Of a stretch of 60,775 nucleotides of DNA, positions 16,718-24,834 are shown in pieces. Each line of letters begins with the position of its first letter. Within the stretch, counting starts at the first letter, position 1. The stretch is from Ilumatobacteraceae bacterium (lineage in GTDB: Bacteria > Actinomycetota > Acidimicrobiia > Acidimicrobiales > Ilumatobacteraceae). The stretch spans positions 1-60,775 of the forward strand of contig JANPGV010000177.1 of NCBI GenBank assembly GCA_031424145.1. The letters are read 5' to 3'. The position numbers and the translations under genes are program-made. The notes under the pieces are model-generated. The model worked only from the letters and a program-made list of their open reading frames with translations. It searched no databases and was not told the origin of the DNA.

Positions 16718-19012
16718 TTATGTACAAGCGGCGATCGCCGCTTGACCGATGCTGATGCCGCCGTCATTAGGCGGTGTAGCGGAATGCACCAGCACGCTGA
16801 AGCCGCGATCGCGTAGTCCGGCTTCGACGATGTCGCTGAAACGCGAGTTCTGGAACACCCCGCCCGTCAGCACGATCGTGTCGAGACGGTGCTCCGCGGC
16901 TACCTGCGCGGCCAGGTCGGCAGTCGCCCGTCCGAAGGACTCGTGGAAGCCCGCGGCTATCAGGGCTCTGCCGACGCCGGAATCGAGGTCGGACAGCATT
17001 GCCGCGACCAAAGGTGCGGGATCGAGCACGCGCGTGTCGGTGCGTAGACAGCCCTCGTAGCGCGGCGCGTGCGTTCGTTCGACAGTGCGGGCCAGCGCCT
17101 CGAGCTCAATGGCGGCTTGCGCTTCGTAGCTGACCCGCTGCCTGCCACCCAACAACGCGGCCACCGCGTCGAACAACCTCCCAACGCTCGTCGTCACCGG
17201 GGATTGTGGGTGCTGGGACAGACCGAGCACGGCGCCCCCGATTGAATCGTCCGCCCCGTTGCCGCGTGCACGTCGCAACGCGTCCTCGCTGTCGGTCGCC
17301 AGCGCGCTCCATACCACGCCCATCCGCCATGGCTCGCGGATCGCGGCGACCCCACCCGGCATCCGCACGGGTCGGAGGTGGGCAACCCGCCGCGACGACA
17401 CCAGGTCCGCAACGAGCATCTCGCCACCCCACAGCGAACCGTCGGGACCGTAGCCGAGGCCGTCGTAGGTGACACCCAACACCGTCTCGGTGCGCCCGTG
17501 CTCGACCATGCATGCCGCCACGTGGGCGTGGTGGTGCTGGATGGCGATAGTGGGAAGCTCTTGTTGGGTCGCCCACTTGCTCGACAGGTACTCGGGGTGC
17601 ATGTCGTGAGCGATCAACTCCGGCACGACCCCGTACAAGCGGGGCAGGTGTTCGACGGCCTGCAGGAATGAGCGGTAGGTAGCGAGGTGCTCGAGATCGC
17701 CGATGTGGTGACTCGGGACCACCCAGTCGTTCTTGGCCACGCTGACGGTGTTCTTCAGCTCGGCGCCGACCGCCAGAACCGGCCGCTTCGCATCGAACGC
17801 AAGACCCATGCGCTCGGGTGCATAGCCCCGCGACCGACGCAGCACCTGCACCCTCCCCGGCGTGGCTCGAACGACAGAATCATCGCAGCGGATGTGGATC
17901 GGTCGGTCGTGTTGCAACAACCCGTCGACCATCGGGCCGAGACGGGCGGTGGCATCCACGTCATCGTGTGCGATCGGTTCGTCGCTGAGGTTCCCACTGG
18001 TCATCACCAGAGGGCGCGCCGCACGTGTCATCAGCAGGTGATGTAGCGGTGCGTACGGCAGCATCAGTCCGAGCTCGTGGAGGCCCGGTGCCACGCCGTC
18101 TGCGACTCCGTGGATGCTCCGACGAGGTGCCAGCACGATCGGCCGCCGTATCGACGTGAGTGCAAGCGCGGCCGCATCGTCAATGACGCAGAGGTCTCGG
18201 GCAGCCTCGAGCGATCCGACCATCACGGCGAAGGGTTTGTCGTCTCGCGCCTTTCGCCGTCGGAGCTCAGAGATTGCCGCGTCGTTGGTGGCATCGGCGA
18301 CCAGGTGATAGCCGCCGATCCCCTTCATCGCCACAATGTGGCCGGTCGTGATCGCGTCGACTGCCCTGTCGAGCGCGGCTGGCCCGATCAAAGCCCCGAT
18401 CAGAGGCGAGTCATCGTCCGCCGTGCCCCGCCACATGAGCTGCGGTCCACAGGTCGGGCAGGCGTTGGGTTGGGCGTGGAACCGACGGTCGGCGGGATCG
18501 TGGTACTCGGACTGACATTGCGGGCACATAGCGAACTTCGCCATCGTGGTGAGCGGCCGGTCGTAGGGGACGGCAACGACGATCGTGTACCGAGGGCCGC
18601 AGTTGGTGCAGTTCGTGAAGGCGTAGCCGTAGCGGCGGTCGTTCGGGTCGTCGATCTCGGCCAGACAGTCGACACATGTGGTGGTGTCGATGCTGACGGG
18701 TACATCGGCAGAACCTGCGTCATGGCTCTCGACGATCCGAAAACCGCCCTCGTCGCCGGACGGTTGCAACTGCTCGACAGCGACCCCGGCGACACGTGCC
18801 AGCGGCGGGGCATCGTCGACCAGCAAGCGTTGCAGCTCGGCTACACGTTCGGCAGGTCCCTCCACTTCGATCAGCACACCTGCGCTGTCGTTCAGCACGT
18901 ATCCGCACAATCCCAGTGCCACTGCGTGGCGATACACGAACGGCCGGAAGCCGACGCCCTGCACCGTGCCTGTGACCCGTAGTCGCTCCCTGGTTGTCAC
19001 GACGAGTGCCAC
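16718..19012 (-). CDS. hypF: Carbamoyltransferase HypF
   Basis: 764 aa. It has the acylphosphatase motif VQGVGFRPF, two zinc-finger pairs (CVDC...CTNCGPRYT and CPQC...CPTCGP), and YrdC-like and Kae1-like regions. Confidence 0.95.
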   Translation of the reverse strand: MALVVTTRERLRVTGTVQGVGFRPFVYRHAVALGLCGYVLNDSAGVLIEVEGPAERVAELQRLLVDDAPPLARVAGVAVEQLQPSGDEGGFRIVESHDAGSADVPVSIDTTTCVDCLAEIDDPNDRRYGYAFTNCTNCGPRYTIVVAVPYDRPLTTMAKFAMCPQCQSEYHDPADRRFHAQPNACPTCGPQLMWRGTADDDSPLIGALIGPAALDRAVDAITTGHIVAMKGIGGYHLVADATNDAAISELRRRKARDDKPFAVMVGSLEAARDLCVIDDAAALALTSIRRPIVLAPRRSIHGVADGVAPGLHELGLMLPYAPLHHLLMTRAARPLVMTSGNLSDEPIAHDDVDATARLGPMVDGLLQHDRPIHIRCDDSVVRATPGRVQVLRRSRGYAPERMGLAFDAKRPVLAVGAELKNTVSVAKNDWVVPSHHIGDLEHLATYRSFLQAVEHLPRLYGVVPELIAHDMHPEYLSSKWATQQELPTIAIQHHHAHVAACMVEHGRTETVLGVTYDGLGYGPDGSLWGGEMLVADLVSSRRVAHLRPVRMPGGVAAIREPWRMGVVWSALATDSEDALRRARGNGADDSIGGAVLGLSQHPQSPVTTSVGRLFDAVAALLGGRQRVSYEAQAAIELEALARTVERTHAPRYEGCLRTDTRVLDPAPLVAAMLSDLDSGVGRALIAAGFHESFGRATADLAAQVAAEHRLDTIVLTGGVFQNSRFSDIVEAGLRDRGFSVLVHSATPPNDGGISIGQAAIAACT

Positions 19013-19016
19013 GGCC

Positions 19017-20102
19017 TCAGCAGATGCGTGGGAGCGGGTCGCCGACGAGCATGTCGACGATCCTGGTCCCTCCGAAGCTTGTCAGCAGCACGACGATGGA
19101 CTGGGGATCGGCGACGATCTCGCCGATCCGTGCCGCGTTGGCACCGAGCGGATCCGATCGCATCGCGGCCAGCGCGGCACCGGCCTCTTCCGGGGCGACA
19201 ACAGCGACCACCTTGCCTTCGTTGGCGACGTACAGAGGATCGATCCCCAGCAGGTCGCATGCCCCGACGACCGCCGGTGCAATTGGGAGCAACGTCTCGT
19301 CCAACACCACTCCGAGGTTTGTGTCGCGCGCAAGCTCGTTGCAGACCGTTGCGACTCCGCCGCGGGTGGGGTCGCGCATCCATCGCGTTGAGGGAGCAGC
19401 CTCCAGCAGAGCTTCGATGAGGTGTGCCAGCGATGCGGTGTCGGAGCGGATGTCGGCATCCAGCTTCAGATCACCGCGGGCGAGCATCACGGCCATGCCG
19501 TGATCGGCCATCGTCCCCGACAACAGCACGACGTCGCCCGGACGTACGCGATGAGGCCCGAGATCACGTTCCGGTGGCATGATGCCGACTCCGGCGGTGG
19601 TGATGTACAGGCCGTCTGCGGCTCCCTTGCCGACGACCTTCGTATCGCCCGTCACGAGGTCGACGCCTGCGATTGCAGCGGCCTCCGCCATCTCCGCGGC
19701 GATCTCGTGCAGCTCGGCGATGGGAAAGCCCTCTTCGATCACAAAGGCTGTCGAGAGCCACATCGGAGTCGCCCCCGAGACGGCGAGGTCGTTGACTGTT
19801 CCATGCACTGCCAGGTGGCCGATAGAACCCCCCGGGAAACGCCGGGGCTGCACGACGAACGAATCCGTGGTGAAAGACAATCGCAGGCCGGTCGGAAGCG
19901 TCAGCGTCGCTGAATCGGCCAGCGGCGAGCGGTTGTCTCCGGCGAAGGCTTCGACGAACACGGCGTCGACAAGGGCTGCAGAAGCCTTGCCACCGGCTCC
20001 GTGAGCCAGGGTGATCATCTCGTCAGTCAGACGCGGCCGACGTCGCCGGAACGCCTCGATCCGGTCGAGAACCGCCGCTTCGCGATCGCTGAGGGTCGTC
20101 AT
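19017..20102 (-). CDS. hypE: Hydrogenase maturation protein HypE
   Basis: ORF 19017..20780 trimmed to the ATG at 20100-20102 (MTTLSDRE), which overlaps the upstream stop (ATGA). It has an AIR-synthase-like fold and the canonical C-terminal ...GDPLPRIC. Confidence 0.95.
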   Translation of the reverse strand: MTTLSDREAAVLDRIEAFRRRRPRLTDEMITLAHGAGGKASAALVDAVFVEAFAGDNRSPLADSATLTLPTGLRLSFTTDSFVVQPRRFPGGSIGHLAVHGTVNDLAVSGATPMWLSTAFVIEEGFPIAELHEIAAEMAEAAAIAGVDLVTGDTKVVGKGAADGLYITTAGVGIMPPERDLGPHRVRPGDVVLLSGTMADHGMAVMLARGDLKLDADIRSDTASLAHLIEALLEAAPSTRWMRDPTRGGVATVCNELARDTNLGVVLDETLLPIAPAVVGACDLLGIDPLYVANEGKVVAVVAPEEAGAALAAMRSDPLGANAARIGEIVADPQSIVVLLTSFGGTRIVDMLVGDPLPRIC

Positions 20103-20758
20103 TGCCGGTTCTCCGCGGTGGTCAAACAGGCCTGAACGGCCTGCCACAGCGCGAAGCCGAGCGCGGCTTGCGTCTCCTGGATCCGGTGGACGCTGTCGGC
20201 CACGACGACCAGGCAGTGGCGCACGTGGACCGACTTGGCCATCTCGCCACCGGAGTACCCGGCGATGCCGATCGTCAGCATCCCTCGACCGGAAGCGTCG
20301 GTGAAGGCTTGCAGCAGGTTGCGCGAGTTGCCACTGGTCGACAGCGCCACGGCGATGTCGTGTGGATCGCTTTGGGCGATGAGCTGCCGTGAGAAGACCA
20401 GGTCGAATCCCACGTCGTTGCCGAGTGCCGTGAGAACGGCCGAGTCGTCGGCGAGGTTGCGGGCCGGCAGCGGCCGTCCCCACGGAGGCCTGATGAACAG
20501 CGCGGCGAGCGAGGCAGCGTCCGTGGAGCTCCCACCGTTGCCGAACACGAACAACCTGCCACCTTGCTGGAAGCGATCGGCCATGTCCGAGGCGGCTTGT
20601 TCGATGGGAACCACGGAGTGGGCGAGCGTCTCGCGCCGTAGCGCGGCGCTGGCCGCCACCTTGGCCTGCGCAGACTCGCTGAGGTCGCGCAGCAGCGCGG
20701 TGGCATCGCGCTCGTCCGCCTCGATGAACGGATACAGGAAGCCGGTGGTCTCGGTCAT
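20099..20758 (-). CDS. SIS-domain protein (GmhA/phosphoheptose-isomerase-like)
   Basis: 219 aa. LFVFGNGGSSTDA and VALSTSGNSRNL are SIS motifs. Both junctions are ATGA overlaps. Confidence 0.8.
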   Translation of the reverse strand: MTETTGFLYPFIEADERDATALLRDLSESAQAKVAASAALRRETLAHSVVPIEQAASDMADRFQQGGRLFVFGNGGSSTDAASLAALFIRPPWGRPLPARNLADDSAVLTALGNDVGFDLVFSRQLIAQSDPHDIAVALSTSGNSRNLLQAFTDASGRGMLTIGIAGYSGGEMAKSVHVRHCLVVVADSVHRIQETQAALGFALWQAVQACLTTAENRQ

Positions 20759-21489
20759 GGAACGTTCGCGATCGCTGCACCCGCGTGGATCAATACGAGA
20801 TCTCCCGGCGTGACCGGCGAGACCAACGTCGTGTCGATCGTCTCGATTCCGCGCGCGGTGCGTACACGCGTCGTGTCCGCACCATCGGTCACGATGACCT
20901 CACCCAGCCGGCCCTCGTCGGAGCATGTGATGCAGACCTCGGCGTCTGAGCAATCCGCCGCGTCGGCCGCACCGAGAAGGCCGGGGTGCTCGAAGCACAC
21001 GTGAGTCAACTCCCACAACACGTGGTAGAGCAAGACGAGGCGGCCGTCATGAAGGGCGGGACCGTCGGCTCCCGGACTGTCGTCTGCCCATACCACGTGA
21101 TTGGCACTGCGCGGTGCGGGTCTGCGGCCGGTGCCCATCCAGATCGACATCGCTCCCCACGCCTCGGCACGGCGCATCACTGCCGCGGCCCCGACCGAGT
21201 CGGCGCTGCTGACCGCCAGCACGACGTCTCCCGAACGCACCAGAGACCGCAACGCGACAACTGGCTCTGCGGCATCGATGCTGACAGCGGGCAAGGCTCG
21301 TTTGCCCACCAGGACGGGATGGACGAACTCCACGGCGACGTGGCGAGCATGCCCTGGCCATTCCGGTGCGATGCACCACAACGTTGCTCCCTTTGCGAAG
21401 CGCCGCGCGAGTGCCAGCGACGCGAGCGCGACAGCATCGCCCATCTCGACCGAGTCGACAAGTGGGAGATCGTCTGCAATGGACGCCAT
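20755..21489 (-). CDS. Fusion protein: degenerate SIS-like N-domain plus HypC/HupF-like C-domain
   Basis: ORF trimmed to the ATG at 21487-21489 (MASIADD), with GGAGG 8 nt upstream. The C-terminal 65 aa (CITCSDEGRLGEVIV...GDLVLIHAGAAI) resemble HypC, but the Cys is internal rather than N-terminal. Confidence 0.7.
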   Translation of the reverse strand: MASIADDLPLVDSVEMGDAVALASLALARRFAKGATLWCIAPEWPGHARHVAVEFVHPVLVGKRALPAVSIDAAEPVVALRSLVRSGDVVLAVSSADSVGAAAVMRRAEAWGAMSIWMGTGRRPAPRSANHVVWADDSPGADGPALHDGRLVLLYHVLWELTHVCFEHPGLLGAADAADCSDAEVCITCSDEGRLGEVIVTDGADTTRVRTARGIETIDTTLVSPVTPGDLVLIHAGAAIANVP

Positions 21490-21592
21490 TCCGTGCCACC
21501 TCCGTGAACCGCGCCAAACGGCCACCGCTCGGACAGTACGCCCTCCGACTCGCGCCAGCAAGCTTCGGACGCTGCAGTATCGTTCGCAGCGC
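21490..21592. promoter_or_regulatory. Divergent intergenic region between the hydrogenase operon head and the PAS gene
   Basis: A 103-bp gap between two divergent starts. It must hold at least one promoter. No clear -10/-35 could be assigned by eye. Confidence 0.3.
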
Positions 21593-22363
21593 ATGGGGGA
21601 TCCGATCGACAGCTTGCCCGCTGCGGCACTCGACATCTTTGCCGATCTTTCCGCGCTCGCGATGTTCAGTCAGGACGCGGCCGGTCGGATCGTCAGGTGG
21701 AACCGCGGAGCCGAACGGATCTTCGGGTACGCCGAGGACGACATCATCGGAGAACCGCTGGCCTCGCTTGCAGCACCCCACTACCGCGACGATTTGGCGG
21801 CGGTTGGTCAGCGCGTCGCCGCAGGTGAGCGCATTGATCGGGTGTTCACGGAGATCTGCCGCAAGGATGGCATGCCGGTGCCCATCGCGCTCTCGGTCTC
21901 GCCTGTCGTCGGTTCGTCCGGCGAGACGGTCGGTGCCGTCGGCGTGGCCCAAGAGCTGACCGAGACGCGTCTTGCGCAGGCGGCGCTGGCCGAAGTGGAG
22001 CAGCGTTTCCGCGAATGGGAGTCGCTCGCGCACGTGGGGCGTTGGCTGTGGGATGTCGGCTCCGATGCAGTGCAGTGGAGCGACGAGCTCCATCGCATGC
22101 ACGGCGTCGATCCGCTCGAGTTCGAGGGCACGCTGGCGGGCCACCTCAGCGTGGTTCACCCCGACGATCGTGACCGGCTCCGCTCCCTCATGGAGGAGGC
22201 CGTTTCCAGTGGGCAGCCGTTCGAGGACGAGTACCGCGTTGACGACGATGGAACGCCGCGGTGGTTCGCGATTCGTGCCGAGCCTGCCGTCGGCTCGTCA
22301 GGGGATGTGGTTGGCCTGCGCGGGATCAGTCAGGCGATCACGATCAGCGCAATCCAACGATGA
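21593..22363 (+). CDS. Tandem-PAS protein with no output domain
   Basis: ORF 21101..22363 trimmed to the ATG at 21593 (MGDPIDS). It has two PAS blocks (FSQDAAGRIVRWNRGAERIFGY... and VGRWLWDVGSDAVQWSDELHRMHG...). No kinase, GGDEF or HTH domain follows. Confidence 0.8.
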   Translation: MGDPIDSLPAAALDIFADLSALAMFSQDAAGRIVRWNRGAERIFGYAEDDIIGEPLASLAAPHYRDDLAAVGQRVAAGERIDRVFTEICRKDGMPVPIALSVSPVVGSSGETVGAVGVAQELTETRLAQAALAEVEQRFREWESLAHVGRWLWDVGSDAVQWSDELHRMHGVDPLEFEGTLAGHLSVVHPDDRDRLRSLMEEAVSSGQPFEDEYRVDDDGTPRWFAIRAEPAVGSSGDVVGLRGISQAITISAIQR

Positions 22364-22604
22364 CCTTCATCCGATCGAGCAGATCGTTCGGTGCGCGTTC
22401 AAGTGCGGGCTCGCGCCCGTTCTCCAACATGGTTGCCAGTCCGCGCAGCGAATGAGCTGCGTGCTTTCGCAACGCCTTGAGGAGATCGTCGAACTCTTCC
22501 GACTGACGGATCGCGTGAACCGCGTCGACGACGTCGTCGAGCGATTCAGTTCCGGCGCGGGCGCCCATCACGTATCCGGCTGCGAAGACCAGTAGCAATC
22601 CCAT
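22344..22604 (-). CDS. Small hypothetical protein (86 aa, hydrophobic N-terminus)
   Basis: Lies 27 nt downstream of the PadR-YceI gene with a GGAAGGGA SD-like element. MGLLLVFAAGYVMGA is followed by an amphipathic helix. Its 3' end overlaps the PAS gene 3' end by 20 nt (convergent). Confidence 0.45.
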   Translation of the reverse strand: MGLLLVFAAGYVMGARAGTESLDDVVDAVHAIRQSEEFDDLLKALRKHAAHSLRGLATMLENGREPALERAPNDLLDRMKVIVGLR

Positions 22605-22631
22605 GTCCTGTTTCCCTTCCTATCCGCTGCG

Positions 22632-23747
22632 TCAAGCGTCAGCCGATTGAACCTGTTCTTCGAGCTCAGCTTCGATCTGCAGGCCTACTGCCACGTCGGG
22701 GTAGATCCGCAACATGAGCACAGTGGGCGAGCCGACTCCGAAATCGCGGATGTCGATCACCTGCTCGCCGCGCACCATCAGCGAGTGCTCCGACGGCATG
22801 GTCACCGACACTGTGCCGTCCAGTGGCCTGCTGACACCATGAAATGTCACCTCACCTTGGATCTGGTATCGCCCAGTCGAACCCACCGGCGTGCACGCCC
22901 GGAGATCCAGTTCGACGGTGGGGTGCCGGCGCGCATCGATCCTGCGGAGCAGCTCGGCGTCGTAGAGGCTGTTGCCGGACCGCAGCTGTGCGACCTCGAT
23001 CTCGAGATGTGCAGTGGGGAACGGACTGGCGCACACGCGTCGTCCGCTGACCGCCGCTTCGATCGTTCCGGTCACTCCTATAGCGCCGAAGGTGATCGGC
23101 CCGACTGACGAACGGGCGTCGATCATCACCACCGATCGATCCGGTATGACACGGAAGCGGGAAGCACCTATCGGCTCACGCTCGATGGCGCCCGGATCGT
23201 CGTCGCGAATCTCAGGTGCCCCTGGTGCCATCGCGATGAATGAGCTTCGTCCGCGCTCTATTCGCGACGTCGACGAGACCGCGGACCAGGCGGTCGCAGT
23301 GACAGGATGCCATCCGCCTTCGACCTCGGCGAGCACGGCATCGACCGTGCCGGTTGCGACGTATCGACGAAGCACTCGGTCCAGGCCGTCGCGCTCCTGC
23401 TTGATCACGCCCATCCAACGCCGCAGTGCCTGCTGACCCTGCGCAGTCAGGCTGTACACACGCCGGCTCTGACTGCCACGTGTCTCCTCCGGCCCGGCGT
23501 CGATCAGCGGCGCTGTATCGATGAGACCGTCACCTTCGAGTTGTGCGAGGGCGCGGTAGACGCTGGGCCGGTCGACGCGACCGACCTGGAGCGCATGCAC
23601 GCCCTTGGCGAGGCTGTAGCCGTGCCGCGGTTCTTCGGCCAACAGCAGCAGGAGCGCGGGAAGCAGGAAGTGGCGCGGTGCTGCGACCTCGAACCGGGAG
23701 TGTCGGTTCGGCTGCCATCCCACTGCGGCGGCGTCGTGCTCGATCAT
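22632..23747 (-). CDS. PadR-family winged-helix regulator fused to a C-terminal YceI-like domain
   Basis: The N-terminus LLPALLLLLAEEPRHGYSLAKG...SVYRALAQLEGDGLI...RRVYSLTAQGQQAL is PadR. The C-terminal ~165 aa (RFRVIPDRS...LRSGN...RRIDARRHPT...VTFHGVSRP...IDIRDFG) align along their length with the YceI-like protein at 9138..9650. Confidence 0.8.
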   Translation of the reverse strand: MIEHDAAAVGWQPNRHSRFEVAAPRHFLLPALLLLLAEEPRHGYSLAKGVHALQVGRVDRPSVYRALAQLEGDGLIDTAPLIDAGPEETRGSQSRRVYSLTAQGQQALRRWMGVIKQERDGLDRVLRRYVATGTVDAVLAEVEGGWHPVTATAWSAVSSTSRIERGRSSFIAMAPGAPEIRDDDPGAIEREPIGASRFRVIPDRSVVMIDARSSVGPITFGAIGVTGTIEAAVSGRRVCASPFPTAHLEIEVAQLRSGNSLYDAELLRRIDARRHPTVELDLRACTPVGSTGRYQIQGEVTFHGVSRPLDGTVSVTMPSEHSLMVRGEQVIDIRDFGVGSPTVLMLRIYPDVAVGLQIEAELEEQVQSADA

Positions 23748-23871
23748 CTCTGCCCTTCAGCGTCGCGGGCTTTGCCCTTGCGATGACCCCGCTCAGGCTC
23801 AACCCTTCCTATATTCCTACGGCACGGTTGTCAAGGTGACGGACCAGCAGCGCGTTCCCTAGGCTCGCGCC

Positions 23872-24216
23872 GTGCACGAGCTGTCCATCTGTACGGCGAT
23901 CGCCAAGATCGCCCATCAGGCCGCGGCCGGGCGACCGGTCGAGTGCGTTCGCGTCGACATCGGCCATCTTCGCCAGGTGGTGCCGGCGACGCTCAGCCAC
24001 AGCTGGGAGATGGTTGTCTTCGGCACGCCGCTCGACAGTGTGCCGCTGGAGGTGCGTGAGGTCGAGGCGATCATCGAATGCCGCAGGTGCGGCATTCGTA
24101 CGCGGCTCGAAGACCCGATCTTTCGATGCGGGGCGTGCGGCTCGACCGACACCGAGGTCGTCAGCGGCGACGAGCTGTTGGTGACGTCGATCGACCTGAC
24201 AGTCGACGCGCTGTAA
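23872..24216 (+). CDS. hypA: Hydrogenase nickel-insertion protein HypA
   Basis: 114 aa, GTG start, (M)HELSIC N-terminus. The zinc site is CRRCG...CGACGS. Confidence 0.9.
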   Translation: MHELSICTAIAKIAHQAAAGRPVECVRVDIGHLRQVVPATLSHSWEMVVFGTPLDSVPLEVREVEAIIECRRCGIRTRLEDPIFRCGACGSTDTEVVSGDELLVTSIDLTVDAL

Positions 24217-24257
24217 CTGCCGGGTTGGCCGGAGCCGCGGATGGGTACCGCTTCAGG

Positions 24258-24800
24258 GTGACAGGCACAGAGAAACCGCCTCCCGTGGACGAGCCCGCCG
24301 AGCGTCAACGCTGGCTCGATGACAAGCGGCAGGAGGTGGAGCAAGAGCAGAAGACCGGTGCGTTGCGCGGCATCCTCAACACCTCGTCGGTATCTTCGAC
24401 CCACTCGCCCGGTTGGGATCAACGGCCGTGGACGAGTCGCGCACTGCACCGCATCGGCGAGTTTGCCGGCGGATCTGCCGTTGGGATCGTCGCGGCAGTC
24501 CTGGTGGTCGTGTGGGCGTTCGTGGGTCTTGCCTACGGATTCCCGACCTGGTGGCAGACGGTGCTTTACAGCGTGACCGGCTCAATCACGTTTGTCATGG
24601 TCTTCGTCATCCAACACGCCCAGGACCGTCAGACATTCGGGACGCAACGTAAGCTCGACGAGTTGATCCGCGCATCGACCCGCGCTGACAACACACTGAT
24701 TGCGGTGGAAGAGGCACCCGACGAACATCTGCAGGCCCTCGCCCACCTCAACATCGCTGATCGCACCCGCGCCGCCGACGACGAGGGGCCGCTACCGTAG
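24258..24800 (+). CDS. Low-affinity iron permease family membrane protein
   Basis: ORF 24078..24800 trimmed to the in-frame GTG at 24258, after the hypA stop. WWQTVLYSVTGSITFVMVFVIQHAQDRQTFGTQRKLDELI matches the Iron_permease family core as I recall it. Confidence 0.65.
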   Translation: MTGTEKPPPVDEPAERQRWLDDKRQEVEQEQKTGALRGILNTSSVSSTHSPGWDQRPWTSRALHRIGEFAGGSAVGIVAAVLVVVWAFVGLAYGFPTWWQTVLYSVTGSITFVMVFVIQHAQDRQTFGTQRKLDELIRASTRADNTLIAVEEAPDEHLQALAHLNIADRTRAADDEGPLP

Positions 24801-24834
24801 ACCGGTGCATCCGGCCCTGAACTTCGACGTCACG

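Noticed and set aside
19017-20780. 587-aa ORF suggesting a giant HypE. The track shows similar N-terminal extensions for 6015..7070, 6812..8029, 10249..11892, 13645..15519, 27183..28823, 46563..48173, 41355..42428 and 36346..37431.
   Set aside because: The extensions overlap upstream genes that have strong homology in another frame, and they are Arg-rich nonsense. Internal starts coincide with ATGA/GTGA overlaps or SD sequences and with the known N-termini of the families.
16682-21510. GTGAACC heptamer found twice upstream of hhyS (16682 and 16710) and once in the operon-head intergenic region (about 21504), considered as a shared operator.
   Set aside because: A 7-mer is expected about 7 times by chance on two strands of 60 kb. 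Three hits, one of them inside an unrelated palindrome, are not enough. I keep it only as a note for motif searches.
24078-24257. The upstream part of ORF 24078..24800, which would make a 240-aa iron-permease-like protein overlapping hypA.
   Set aside because: This part overlaps the 3' half of hypA in another frame and is Arg-rich. The conserved permease core begins well downstream, and an in-frame GTG at 24258 follows the hypA stop.
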